Below are positions 9,401 to 23,075 of a DNA stretch of 64,000 nt, in pieces (positions within the stretch are counted from its first letter, which is position 1; each line of letters opens with the position of its first letter). The stretch comes from Mytilus edulis (Eukaryota), in assembly GCF_963676685.1 (NCBI RefSeq), contig NC_092353.1, positions 29,698,001 to 29,762,000 on the forward strand. The letters are read 5' to 3'. The translations under genes and the position numbers were made by a program. Below the pieces are notes generated by a model. It saw only the letters and a list, made by a program, of their open reading frames with translations, was not told where the DNA came from and searched no databases.

Positions 9401-11690
9401 GATAACAAAAACATTTCCAATAGAAGAAAACATTCAAACCTGGATTTAGGAATCTCGAGACTATGGTCGTAAAAAATATTCAAAAAATGCTAGACATGGA
9501 CAACTAAGTAAAGATCTCTTGAAATATGCTATAATGTATGCATAATAGAGTACAATTATCCTGTCAATGATCTCGATCGCATTTCTTTTTTTATATTAAT
9601 ATGACAGTTATTATCCATTCGTTTGATGTATTTGATGTGTTTGAGCTTTTGATTTTGACATTTGATTAGGGACTTTCAGTTTATGACTTTCCTCGGAGTT
9701 AAGTATTTTTTGTTATTTTACTTTTGTTGTGGTACTTCTTTTTGTTGTATTTATTCCCTTAGTTTTTGTTTGTGACATTGATTTAGAAGAAGATGTGGTA
9801 AGAGTGCCAATGAGGTAACTCTCCATCCAAGTCACACTTTGTAAAAGTAAACCATTATTTGTCCTCTTTATAATACATGAGGTTGGAACATCAATTAACT
9901 GATAAACCATTTATATAAAAATTGTTTCTCACTTGTTAAAAAATATTAAAGAACATGACATTGATGACATACTGGTAAAAGTTTTAGTTACACTTACACG
10001 ATAGTTTCCGGAAGAAACTTCAAAGTGAAAACAGAGTTGGATCGAAAAATAGGACTTCTGTGTAATCCAGAATTCATGTATTTAGTTTTGATGTTATATT
10101 TTTTATTCTCATCGGATATTGTCAAATGTCTTATCGTTTGTAGTTTTGTGTGTTAGGGGAAATATAATTAACCATCCAGTTCATTTATAAGATTTAAGTT
10201 TGGGTAAACTAAATTTACACGATGTATTTGGTTTACTGTTCGATTTAGATTAAATACCGATATAGCTAGATAATACAATTAATTACCTAATTACTACCAC
10301 AATTTCATATTAATAAGCATTGTAATATTCATTGTTATCAATACATGTAATATCAGTATTACAAACCTAATCTTGACCTCTATCCTATTTTTGGAATTTT
10401 TTTGGAATTTAAATGTGACGTCACTTTTGTGTCGATCTCTTTGGCTAACATATAATACGTTTTTCGGCAGTGTTTTTTTTTTAAGTGCTGATTTAGGTTG
10501 TTTTACTTATTCGTTTTTATTCTGTAGTCAATCACCACTTCAGTGTTAACATGTATATCTATTATATAGTCATTTTTATAAATTAACTGGTTGCAAAAGT
10601 ATGAATTATTCTAAATACTAAAGATTTTCTTATCCCAGGCAGATAACCTTAGTCGTATTTGGCACAACTTTTTGAAGTTTTTGGTCCTCAATGCTCTTCT
10701 ACTTTATACTTGTTTTGGCTTTCGAACTTTTTTTTATCTGTGCATCACTGATGAGTTTTATGCAGACGAAACGCGCGTCTGGCGTATTAAAATATAAGCC
10801 TGGTACCTTTTGATAGCTATTATTTGTGTGTTTCTCTGTCCTGTATGTTTCCCCATTTATTTGTATTGAAGTCCTGTCATGTAATGTTGTCATTTTAATG
10901 TTATATTTAACAATGTCATAAAAGTAGGAGGTTTGGCTAGCCACACAACCAGGGTCAACCCATCATTTTTTTTCTTACAATGTCCTGTACCAAGTTTAAG
11001 TTTGTAACCCGGATTTGTTTTCTTCTCAATTGATTTTATGAAATTCGAACAGCGGTATACTACTGTTGTCTTTATTTGAACTACTACATACATTGTTACC
11101 TGGCTGTTTAATTAAACAAAACCTTTTAAAAAAATCTAATTAAAATAGGTTATCTTCCAAGAAGAGCCTGTAAAAGTTTGAAATCAATACTATATATCAA
11201 AGGAAAATTCAAAGAGAACGTTTTCTTTAAAATTCATTTACCCCATTATTTGGGTCTTAAACTGCATAGATTCATATGCATGAATATGGAACTTTATTAA
11301 AGTTGTCATCATGTTGTTGATAATATTTTCATTTAATACAAAGTATTGTCTTGAGATTACTCCATAAAGCAATCGTGTAATTTTTCTATTATGTTTTCTA
11401 TTTTCTAATCCAAACCGACATAGATTTTGTATGCTTTTACATATACATATGTAAATCAGTTTCTGTTTGTTTCTTTCAAAAGGGATTACATTCGTGATAT
11501 GGATATCACAGTTGGGCCAACAACTAATAATATGACACTGTGCACACATTATAGTGGACCTGCTAGTACCAAGGACCATCTGATATTAAAATGCAAGAAA
11601 CCTGTAGATGGTCGATTTGTCAAATTATCAAGAGTTGGAAAAAACGCTGTGATGGCAGTAGCAGAAGTAGAAGTATTTGCTTATGTTTGA
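6443..11690 (+). CDS. Secreted coiled-coil + F-type lectin (fucolectin/F5-8 type C-like) domain protein, 3 exons
   Basis: Exon 6443-7046: signal peptide and coiled coil, donor G|gtaagc. Exon 8912-9124: SNAIDG..FSHT..NPFWILDLG..ARTDCC, donor G|gtaagt. Exon ~11483-11690: DYIRD..CTHYSGP..C..PVDGRFVKL..AVAEVEVF. The phase at the last acceptor is off by 1 nt (see findings). Confidence 0.8.
7215..7690 (+). mobile_element. Internally deleted Penelope-like RT fragment
   Basis: FTFRYIDDVLS (RT catalytic motif) is joined to KFYGRHHELVDRYG and the family 3' tail. Confidence 0.7.
7802..7888 (-). repeat. Retrozyme-unit fragment carrying a structured (pseudoknot-like) motif
   Basis: Homologous to 53933-54013 of the hammerhead repeat unit. 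Confidence 0.7.
10527..10820 (+). mobile_element. Degenerate retrozyme monomer in intron 2 of the lectin gene
   Basis: Reverse-complement homolog of the 363-bp unit at 53642-54004. Contains a hammerhead. Confidence 0.7.
10742..10785 (+). ncRNA. Minimal type I hammerhead ribozyme
   Basis: GCAUCA-CUGAUGA-GUUU uaugc AGAC-GAAA-CGCGC-GUC^-UGGCGU. Core intact, palindromic helix III (ACGCGCGU), one helix I mismatch. Confidence 0.8.
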
Positions 11691-12569
11691 ACATTGTATA
11701 AACGCGTGAGGAGAAACGGTATCCAAAAGGACAATTTCAAACTGTTTATATCAATGTCACAATATATACGTTATAGCTCCATTAGTAGAAGTAGTGCATT
11801 TGTATTCCGTATAATTCTTTCATGGTGGTTGATAATGTATTTTTATATGTGAAAGATAGTACACAAAAGTATTTAATATTTTTAAACTTGATGTGTTTAC
11901 ATGTATGACATTCACATAGAGAATGGAAATTGTCTTAAAATGTAATAATCAATAACAGAAACTATATGATAAGAATAGTTTTGAAACAAACCATTGAGAA
12001 GCTGAATAACTGCACATCATAAGTACAAAGAAATAAAGATAACGCTATAACACATTTATCTAAATGCCTAAAACAACACTTGGTATATAGACGATTGATT
12101 ATAAATAGTGCCTTTTTCAAAGAAAAATATAATGCAATAAATATTACATTCACTTGTTCAAATGTCAACTGGTGTGCTAAGCTATATATTGTTATCAGAC
12201 GGTGTGAAATAAAGCAAAAAACGAAAAAAGATCAAATTATTTGTTCTTTTCAGAAGTTGGCAGGAGAAAACGAAAATATATTACAATTGCAAAGACCCTA
12301 CTATCAAACAGTGTTTAAATTAATTTACATACATCGTGTCGAAGAGACGGATGAAACGTATCTTGTACAAAATGTCTCTGATTTAAAAAAAAATTCTCTG
12401 AAACAAACATTATCAAGAGGCTTCATTACTTGTTTGAAAACATATTTGTTATGTTTGCAGGATGTGTTTTTCAACAAACAATCTGTACAATAAACTGTGC
12501 TCCTTTTGTTTCAGTTTTGTTTCATATTTCGTATGAAGCTGAATTCATACCAGAAGTTAGTAGCACCCT

Positions 12570-13130
12570 TTAGATTCACTTTCGCTATTGAGATGATGTG
12601 TTTTCCGTAAATAATTCAATATTTGATAAATGTTGAACGCCTTTATCTCATCGAACTTGAGATACAACATATACAATTGAGTCTGCCACATATCTTAACT
12701 TACATTTCGAAATAGAGAAAGAGGGTCGGTAGTAAACAAAACTTTGCGAAAAAAAAGATGATTTTAGTTCCTAATTGTAAGCTTTCCATTTCTAAGTAGC
12801 AACATTCCAGCAGCGCATACGGAGTATATATCTTATAGTTAATTTTATATCCCAGGGCTTGTATTTTCTTTCATCTTTCCTAAATAGAGGATTGCTGCTC
12901 ACTTGGAAGCTATTAAACCAATTGCAAGTATTAAAGATGAAGTCATTCTGTTTTACAGATGACGACAGATGTGTTCTATATGTCGAAGCTTCAATCCCGT
13001 CCCCTTTACCCGAATGTGACCTACAGAATTGAACTTATCACCGGGTTTGTACTTACATGAGCATATTAAACTAGTGACACAAGTGGAGAATGATATGCTT
13101 TCCTTTCCTGAGCACCTGAGATCACAATAT
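12570..13130 (+). mobile_element. Old, degenerate Penelope-like RT fragment
   Basis: Decayed copy of the same RT (remnants of SATYLNLH.., FPFLSSNIPAA, GLLLT.KLLNQ). Its 3' part recurs at 13915-14065. Confidence 0.6.
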
Positions 13131-15034
13131 TACAATTCAAATAAGTTTCAGGCTGTGTATGTGATATTAAGCGTGTTTATATAATGATGATTATTAAAGA
13201 AAAAATATAAATATATCAATATCAATATCATCTGAGCCAAAAGAATAAGGAAACTGACACAAGCGCAAAAAAATAAAAGGTCAAAAACGTAAAACCAACC
13301 AACGATACAGCGTGTGAACGCAGCATTGGGAATATGAGGCGAAATATACCTATACTCCAACTCACCAGTCTAAACAAACTGACAACGCCATAACATCCAA
13401 AAAAAAATACGCCAGAGAACAAATAACAATTTACAAATCACACATAGAAAATAAAACACTCATACACACGTACCACACAAAAAACTGGATGTAATCTAAG
13501 GTAGGAGAAGTTGATCCTGCTCTACATGTGACACCAGTCGCAGTTTCATTTTCAACATGTTTATTACTAATATCAATAGATTAAGCTATATCAGATTCGC
13601 AAAGGACTATTATCAAGCCCTAAGACGTCATCAAATTCATAAACAATCGCTCACATAAACTTTCTAGTCTTTTAACTTGACGGAGTGTGAAATTTAGAAA
13701 CTGAAACAAAGTTTTTCATGATAAAGTATAGGCAAGACGGTTATCAGTTTATACATTACAGACATTCAAAAGATAAAGGTTCAAGAAACAACAATAAAAC
13801 CTAAAGCAAGAGTAAACTGAACCCCTTTATAGATAAAACAAGGAGTTATCTGATAGTCTCGGTGCTGACGTTGCTATCCTTTTATTGACTTTTCAGTGTT
13901 CATTTATTTGTTTCAATCCCGTCCCCTTTACCCGAATATGACCTACAAATTGAATTTATCACTGGGTTTGTACTTACATAAGCAAAATTACTAGTGACAA
14001 AAGTTTAGAATGATATACTTACCATTCCGGAGCACATGAGATCACAATATTACAATTAAAATATGTTCCATTTATTTGTCTTTTAAAAGTCAATACTTCT
14101 CTGTTCCTTTTTGTCGTATGACTGTGAACGTGGGCCGGCTCAGTATTTGTGTATCTAGCTGTTATTTTTTGCTGTTGTATTTCTAATGCGGATTGGTCAA
14201 AATTCTCTTTTGCATCTTTGAGAGATAATTCTGTATGTTTTTTTGGTTTTTTTTTATGTCAGATGTGTTGTTAATCTATGATGTATGTTAACGGAATTTT
14301 GGCTGCCGGATTCCGTTAATACTGTCAGCCAACCAACAATGGCTGTTTGGATTGCTTACACTATATATGTATCAATACGACGGAACTATCAACAGCTGTC
14401 ATTAAAGTTATAAAAGCTACCTATAAAAACAGGTTTAACCCACCATTATGTTCGGGATGCATATACAAAGTCAAGAATATTACAGTTGCTTTAAGCTGTT
14501 CGGTTTGTGAATATTGTCACTTATTTAATGAACATTGTTTAGTATTTTTGATACATTTTTTGTTAACATTTGGGTTAGAAAGCTTCTACAACATTCTTTT
14601 TCGAACTGGGTCAAATTTCTATTGGTAGAAAAAAACCTTATGAAATAGTTTTTAGGAGGGGTTGAATATGATCTTACTGACACTGTAGATCTCAAAATGT
14701 GAAACGACACAAGAAAAAAAGTGTGTGTATCCGAGTATGTTAGTACTAGTATGGAAACATATAAGTATATTATATACGTATAAATATGTATCAAGTTAAC
14801 GACAGACGTTCTCTGTCGATAACCGTTGGCCTACACAATAATTTATGTATAACTCGTCTTTAATGTATCCCAACAATATTAGATCTTCAAATTTTATCCT
14901 GACATATGTGTGCACATACAAATACCTCTCTGACATGAAGAACTATATATATTCATTTACTCAAGTTATCAAAATTATTTCACATTAGCTAGTGATTAAA
15001 ATGATCATCCAACGGTACTAAAACAGTTTTGTAG

Positions 15035-18000
15035 TCACATTTTGATATGAATGCCAGAATTGCTTGAATGAGAATTAATGGAACATCTTGGTGACTCTCC
15101 ACGAGAAAATTCACTACAAGTTGATAGACTTGGACCCCGAAAATATGGTTGTCTTAGATGACCGTTCAATAGCCCTTCTTTTTCCTGGTCTTCAACACTC
15201 TCTAAAAATGTATTATATATATGGCATTTTATAATATGTTATGCGAGGTTAAATATTATGTAGAATAGTCGGTGAGAAAAATAATATGCCCCGTATTGTC
15301 AGGACGATGTTACACAATAAAGAAAAATTGGTTCAAATCTTATTTTTTTCGGAATGAAACCTAAAAGAAATATGCAAGAAAAAGATAAAATTATGACAAA
15401 AAGCAAACCCACAACACACCAGGGTCTCTCTTTTTCTTCATAAAATTAGTTTTATGAGTACCTAAGTGTAGAAAACTTTCCGTTTTACAAAGAATAACAA
15501 TACACACCTGAGTGCACCAATGATTTTTCGCGTCAATACAGGAGTACAAATACAGGTTGCATCTTATCAAAGAGAAAAACAGATAAAGGGTAATCAATAT
15601 AAAAGGATTCGTATATCTTTCTTTCGATAAGTTAACGTTGCACTTTGATACTGCATATTAAATATGTCAAATGTACAATGCAGAAATATGTCAAAACTTA
15701 TCTTAAACAATTCAGTTTTTGTTCTAGTAACATGACAAGGTCCAATGTCCAATCAGTTGTTCTAGTAATGACTGAAATATTAAATTCATTTCCATTTTGT
15801 GTCAAAGTTTGATTAAGGTTATATTGTGAATATATTTTATAAAACCGCATCGCAATCAAACATTTCTTATCGATGATACTTTTAAATGATAATATTAACT
15901 TCATTTTTCAAGTTTTGGATCATTACATTACTTAACTTTCATAGCTGTTGCCCTCATATCATTTAATGTATTGTTTGCCAAATGTTTATTAAAAAATATT
16001 AAGAGCAAAATTATAAAAAAAAACAGGGGCCCTGGTGATATGAGGGCAACAGCTATGAAGGTTAAGTAACATTCATGCATTTTCGTGCACAAATCATTTA
16101 AAAAAACGAAAACCGAGTTCGCTTTCTATTTACATCTATATTTATGTTTATATCGCTTATATGACCATCGAAGGTATTCAGTCAACTCGATAGTTTATTA
16201 AGATGACGTGGGGGCTAAAACATACACGAAACGAAGCTACATAGTATGGAGCCAAAGTCCTTTAAATTGTCTGTTTAAGACTTTTTAAAATTTGAATAAA
16301 TGTTTTACATGGTTATAAATCAAATATGAGTCAAATCTATGAACATGAATTTTTAGACAGTTAGTGCCCCTTTAAATCTTATCAACGCTTAAACTGTTTA
16401 AATGTCACTGAACATTAATCAGCCCAAATTTACACAGCAAATCGTGTTCTCGAATTTTAAAATTAAACGTATGGTAGTCTTGAAACATTAAAGGGGCACT
16501 AGCTGTCAAATTCATGGTCACCGATTTGACTCAAAGTCTCATATTTGATTTATAACAATGTAAAACATTTATCCAAACTATCAGAAGTCTAAAATAAACA
16601 GTTTACAGAGCATGGGGTAGATAATATATAGGTTCGTTTCGTGTTTATTTTAGTCCAGACGCCATCTAATTACCTACCGATTTGACCTCAGATGACCATA
16701 TAAGCGATGTAAACATAAATAAAGATATGAATAGATTAAACCAGCACGTGCAATTGGATTTTTATAGATCTGTTTGATTTTATTTTATAGATTAAAAATA
16801 GATGTTTCTCATTGTTTTTAACCGTATAAGAAGGATTTTATGTGCATCGAATTAGTAATCAAATGATTTACCGTAGTTTCACTTTCATTGTTGACATTCT
16901 TTTTCTTAAAATAACCAGTATACGTACAATGCATGCGTTGTCAATCTCTAGCTAGGGGTTAAATTGAATCACTTGCAAGTGAATTACTAATTATCAATGT
17001 TTCTTAGCGTCATTTGACAAAATTGAACCTTTTTGGCTGCAAAAAGTGAATTGTTATTTCACTATTTCACTTTCATTATTGATTGAACAGGAAAAAATCA
17101 AACTTTAGATTTTTATATATCTCGTAGCTAGTGCCCCTTTAAGAATTTATGGTTTACAATTCTATCAATTAGTGTTGAAATACTCATTAAAATCATAACA
17201 ACTAACTCGTTTTGCAATAATGAACACATACCATCTAGATACACGTCATCGTCTCCTGTGTCATCGATGATGGTTTGTGGAGCATGAGACGGACTTTCAT
17301 CTCCTACACCAGCTACGGTTTTACGTAAATCTTGTTTCGCCTTTAGAGAGGACGAAACACTCGGTAGTCTGATGTCAACTCGTGACCCTTTTCTTAATGC
17401 TACCTGCAGAATTATAGATTATAAAAACTTTTGATTCTGTTTTCTTAACAATGGCTAATATGCTTATCAAAATTGAAAATGCTTCATTAAAGTATATTTC
17501 AGTACTGATTTTGTATTTTGTTTCTGAGATTCAAAGCGTTCGAAAAAAATATATCCGTTCAAATTCAATACAGAAGATCGTCGAGTCAACACCAGTGTAC
17601 CACTTCCTGTTTGGTAGCACTGCTAATGGGCTATTATTCCAAGTGAAAACCCTAATTGACAAGACCAGTTTACGTTTTCAATATGTATGTCTCAGTTCAA
17701 AAAACATATTTGTTTTCAAATTCAAATACAATAACAGGTACCGCATGCTAATATATGATTTGTATCTATTTCGAGTGAACCATACTTGTCTTTCATTATA
17801 ATTTCAATAATCAAGGAATTTAAATAAAAGCAAACAACCATCCAAATTGCTTACGTCTGTGTCATTTTGATTTCCGGAGGAGATTCGTCTAAATGACAAT
17901 TATACCAAATCTCTTTTCATTAACAACATCAGTATAACATCCTGAAACTTTCAAAATCTGTATTGTTACCTTTTCATTTAAAGCATATAGTTTGTTGGTA

Positions 18001-21000
18001 ATATCTCGACCTAGGATAATGTTGAATACGTTAGCAAGGTAAGATTCTTTTATCAACAAATATTCCAAACTGTGTCTTGACCAAAATATATATCTACACA
18101 TAGATCCGGCAAAGATTGATACCTACAAAGCGAAGTATACATTCAATCATATCAACGTAAGATTTTTTAAATATATTGTTGGTGTTGAGTTTTTGTAGTC
18201 GTATTTGTACAAAATGTTATGATATTCGTAAGTGTAAAAATATTTCAATATCAATATATATATAAACCGACTAATAAGTGCTAGACGGTCAATCGATGTC
18301 TTACGAATGTATACGTACATGCGGAATATAATAGATTACCGATTAATCGGGACGTGTCTGTGTGAAACATATAATATAAAATGAAATGACTTTAGACCTG
18401 TTTTGTCCGACTTTTTTGCATGGTATTAATTTCTTTGTCAAAGCGCAAATCTCGTCCCAGAACTGTTGAAACCTACTATCGATTATTAACAAAGAGCAAC
18501 ATACACAGCTGTTATTTGTTGCCTCGTTTGGTGCTAAGTGTGATTCAGTTTTGAATGACTATCAAAATAATATTTTCAACCAAATCTTACTAACTTTCAA
18601 TTAATCATATTGTTTTAAAACTATATTTTTTAATGAAATGATTATTACCTGGTATTTCTCGTCGCCGCCAACACCAGATTCAAATTCAGGTGAGTCAATA
18701 AATTCCTTTTCGTGTATTTGGTGAAGGAGGTTGTTATGACTGTAAACATTCATTCTGTGAAGAAGAAAAAAAGAGAAGAAAAAAATCATGAATATGTGAC
18801 ATGTTTAGAAAAAAAACGGACATGAAGGTAACTTTTAAAATGCTACCTCAACACAAAGACATATATGTTTCCTTGATGTTATATGTTTTTACAATTTTAT
18901 AGTGAATAAGGAAATTGATGTGCTTATAATGGATCGATATGACAAAACAAGAAACTTTGGGTGCATACTGTTTAGTGCCGAACTTGTAATCTGTAATGTT
19001 TTGTAGCGGTAGAAATATTGCTGGGTGGCTTCCCTACTGTAAGTAAAAGACAAACTCACAAAGTTACATAAACTATAGCATATACTGGTAAATTACCAAC
19101 CTCAGACCTTGATTCAATGACAGAAAAACTTTATTATATAACTGTTGCAACTGCATTCAACCTACAGGTAAACGACCAATATTTGGTAAGTAATGGACAA
19201 ACTCTTTCACATAATAATCGAAAATGAAGTACGTTCATACAAATAGCTATATCCTTCTGACAATATAGCTTGATCCGCGGGAGTATACTGAAGTGTTTAA
19301 AAGTACATATAAATGAGACAGCTTACTTTCCAGACATCAAAAGACCGAGTCTGTCCGTCTTACTGATCCCTTGTGTAGCGTATGCCTCGCCTTCGTGGAG
19401 TGATGTCAAAGTACAATAATCTGTGGAGACCAGTTTCTTAAACAAATGTCTGAAACATGAGTTAATTGATCATTAGTCATTAACTGTCTAGTGGCAAATA
19501 TTACATTCATATTATTTGCAAAAAATCTTAACAAAGGTTCAGTTATTATCATCAACTGGTGGACCTTGAAATTGTTTGACTCCTCTCGAGAACAAAGGCG
19601 TATTTGTATTGGAAGTTGGAAGCTCGATATTACCCCAGATTGCTTAAGAACACCATAGAGTATATATATAAGAGTACTCAGACTGGCAGTAACTATAAGT
19701 TGTAATTTGAGGCCTACTTTGAACTAACGAATAAGCTTAGTTCTTCCGCACGAAAATTTGCATCTTCTTGTTCACATTACTAAAATGTGTATACATGGAT
19801 CACTGATTATAAGGTTACCTCCCATGGCTAAGCTTATATTGAGGCCTCACTAAATCTATGACAAATAAAATGATGGAATTATCAAATGTATAATGTGAAT
19901 TCCTTAGGGGATGATAATAGTCCCAAATGAAAATATGTTTCCTTGGCATAAGCCTAGTTATTTCACACCTTTGTAACTGTAATGACACGAAAGCTGATAT
20001 CTTGCAATATATACATAAGGGCAATATGATAACGAGTGACCGGATTGTATAAGTCGTAACAATAGTTTAACATGGTATGAAGTGGAAGTCAATCATTGTG
20101 ACATAGGTGGTGATAAGTCAAGGTCTAAGTTATAAAGGCCAGGATAAACAATTGATATAGCAACAAATGCGTGGAGCTGCGCAGGCGTATGCAGGTATAG
20201 GGAAGACCGATAAAGAATAGTTTTATTTTGAAAATAATACTCATAACATTTCTCTTATACTCTACTGTATACGATCGTATGAAAAAGGCTTACACTTGTG
20301 GTCAGCTGAAAAAGAATTCTACTGATTTTTTATTTTTTATTTTTTGTTGATGAATTGCAGAAAGTTCTTTATTACAAAATTATATTACTTTTAAGAAACA
20401 TTTTTAAAAGTATGTCGTCTATACAATAATCGCAAATCAGATTAAATCGGAACTCGTCTTCAATTTTCACTGATCAAAAGGTTGTTTGGTACATACCTTG
20501 GTATTTTCATCGGTTGAAAGAGAGCCACATAAACTTGTTCTAATTCATCACAAAACTTAACTGGTCTAATGTGGTACATCAGGAATAATGTCTGAATCGC
20601 ATTCAGAACCATGAAAGAAAAATTCCAGGAAAAGAAATCAGGCGCACATAGTACAACCCATGACCACACCGATAACAGTAAAAATCCTGTAAAAGATTTA
20701 TAAATGGTATATGCAATGTGAACGTAAAAAAAAACACTTCTGGCGTTTTTTTTAAATATGTTAATAATTTAAATTATCGGTTTTGAATAATTTGTCTTAA
20801 ACTTAAAAAAACAACTGTAACATTGTTAAAAATTCTTACATAAAAAATACATTCGTGCAAGGTTTTTGTATTACATTAATTTACAATATACCATCAGCAT
20901 AGTACTATATTTTTTAATTTATAAAGAAACTGTTAGCGAGCAATATTTTAATAGAAGATAACAATAGGACTATTACCCAAAACAAAGAACCCATGCATGA

Positions 21001-21211
21001 AAAGTATTCCTTTCTTTCCATCTGGAGCAAACAGGGCTATTAATAGAACACAGTTTGCCAGCTGAAAAAGAAAATGATTGGGTGACGTCCAGGTGGAGCA
21101 GCCAATTACAGGGTTTGTCCAGTTTCTAAAGATGACGGTTCTGTTGTCAATTTGTGATATATTGTCCCATGCCATTTTTGTGTAATTTTCTTCTATTCTC
21201 ATGCTAAACAT
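15035..21211 (-). CDS. POPDC: Popeye domain-containing protein (POPDC/BVES family), 7 coding exons, ~381 aa
   Basis: Exons (minus) 21211-20977, 20686-20497, 19449-19327, 18754-18649, 18122-17970, 17403-17232, 15201-15035. All GT-AG and phase-consistent (1146 nt). Three TM segments (HFLFQLAN.., WSWVVLCAPDFFSWN). Popeye cAMP-binding motifs FIDSPEFES and YQVS, plus CRYIFW, LGRDITNKLY, DIRLPS. Confidence 0.92.
15928..16069. mobile_element. Mini inverted-repeat element
   Basis: 34-bp inverted repeats with one mismatch (ttacttaactttcatagctgttgccctcatatca / tgatatgagggcaacagctatgaaggttaagtaa). Confidence 0.65.
16492..17138. mobile_element. MITE with TTAA target duplication (Kolobok/piggyBac-type)
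   Basis: TIRs AGGGGCACTAGCT / AGCTAGTGCCCCT. TTAA at 16488-16491 and 17139-17142. Related partial copies at ~16075-16375 and ~30057-30700. Confidence 0.85.
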
Positions 21212-21586
21212 CCTGGGTTTTATTCTGAAACAGATTTGAAAATTAAAAACAAATGACTTCGTTAAATTAATGTTTACGATTTGTTCTTGTCAAGTTTAAT
21301 AATATACAATTATTTTAAACAGATTTATAACAAAAATAACTTAAAGGCACACATTTTGATGCTTGACACCCTTAATTAGCAGGATTTTCAACATGCTAGT
21401 TCACAAGGTATAATGTCACCCTATCCTGACACGTTATTACGAATACATGCAGGCCGACCAACCTTGCATTCCAAAGGGAGGATCAACAAATGCCTATTAG
21501 TACATCATTGATTTCACTTGACCGGGACTCAACCTCTTCGACTCGAGGCGGGTAGCTACGACGCGACGTTGTTTGGTACTGTAGTA

Positions 21587-22010
21587 GGTCCGAGACCACA
21601 ATTATTTCGTAGTGCATTTCTTTTAGGACTTAAATGAAAATTTCAAAAAATCCCACCTGCGCTTTCTCAAAGAAACTTTCACAGTGTGTTGTACTACTTT
21701 TGGGACAAATTATTTCAAAATTATAGAAAACTTCATCGGCTCTAACTCAAAATATGGACAATTTTATGTTTAGGGCGTCTTGAAATCTGTTGACAGCTTC
21801 CGAAGTGCTAATTTTAAACCTTTTTCAGCTGGACCAAATCACTACTTTTCTTTAAAATTCTGGACCCAAATTTTTTTTACAGTGAAAATTACAGAAATAA
21901 ATTTGGAAGGGGTATAAAAATTAATGGCAAGTAACCCACTGTCAACACTAGGGACTATATGAACAACGAAAATCAAGGGACGACAGGGACGACAATTGTG
22001 GTCTCGGACC
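21587..22010. mobile_element. MITE, 17-bp TIR, 4-bp AGTA target duplication
   Basis: ggtccgagaccacaatt / aattgtggtctcggacc, flanked by agta on both sides. Confidence 0.8.
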
Positions 22011-22074
22011 AGTAAAATCAAATATGTATAATGTTTTACTGTTGTGAACACTTACGGCCCTATATACATTTGAA

Positions 22075-22720
22075 AACAAAACTTTACGACAAAAGACAAA
22101 AGAAGACAAAAAAAAAGACAAAAGAGATGATTTCAGCTTTCCAATTTTGAACTTTCCATTTCTAAGTAGCAACATTCCAGCAGCACCTGCATACGGGGTT
22201 TATATCTCCCAATTGATACGATATTCCCGTGCTTGCATTTCCTATCATGACTTTCTTGATAGGGGATTGCTGCTCACAAGGAAGCTATAAAACCAAGAGT
22301 TCCGAATGGTGAAGTTGAAATCATCCCTTCGTAAATTTTACGGACGCCATCATGAGTTGGTTGCCCGTTATAGAATAACCTTTTCACAAATGATATCGGA
22401 TATGTTCCTTACGTCGTAACTACAATCCCCTTCCCTTTCATGAATGTGCCCTACCGAATTAGACTATTTACCGGATTTGTTGTAACATGAGCAAAACAAG
22501 ACGGGTGCCGTATGTGGAGCAGAATCTGCTTACCCTTCCGGAGCACCTGAGTTCACCCCTAGTTTTTGGTGGGGTTCGTGTTGTTTATTCTTTAGTTTTC
22601 TATGTTGTCTCATGTGTACTATTGTTTGTCTGTTTGTCTTTTTCATTTTTTGCCATGGCGTTGATAGTTTATTTTCCGATTTGTGAGTTAGGCTGTCTCT
22701 CTGGTATCTTTCGTCCCTCT
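22075..22720 (+). mobile_element. Penelope-like RT C-terminal fragment with 3' tail
   Basis: Encodes TKLYDK..RDDFSFPILNFPFLSSNIPAAPAYGVYISQLIRYSRAC..KFYGRHHELV. No GIY-YIG domain seen after it. Confidence 0.75.
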
Positions 22721-23075
22721 AATATACTTATATTCAAAAACAAATTTCAAAATTTCTCAGAGCCAAGAATATTGTTCACCCATTACAGGTCATATAATAT
22801 TCTGTTAGCAATTATGTTTAACTATTTTTTAGTAGTGTTGTTTATGAGGAAATATTTGTATTTTAACGTGTACTAAGATCTGTATACAAACGTATAGCAT
22901 TGTAATAACATCATGAGTATCGAATCGCGTAAAATCGATGCAAACCTCACTATAGCTTTCCACTATGTAAATTTACTTCATTATTTTTCATTATTATCTG
23001 ACAATTTATACACTGCAGAAAACATTTCAGAAGTACAATAAAACGTTTTATAATAAAATATTAAGCAGAACATAC

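Noticed and set aside
21390-21570. Possible tRNA-derived SINE remnant (also ~43250-43345)
   Set aside because: Too degraded to identify A/B boxes or ends with confidence.
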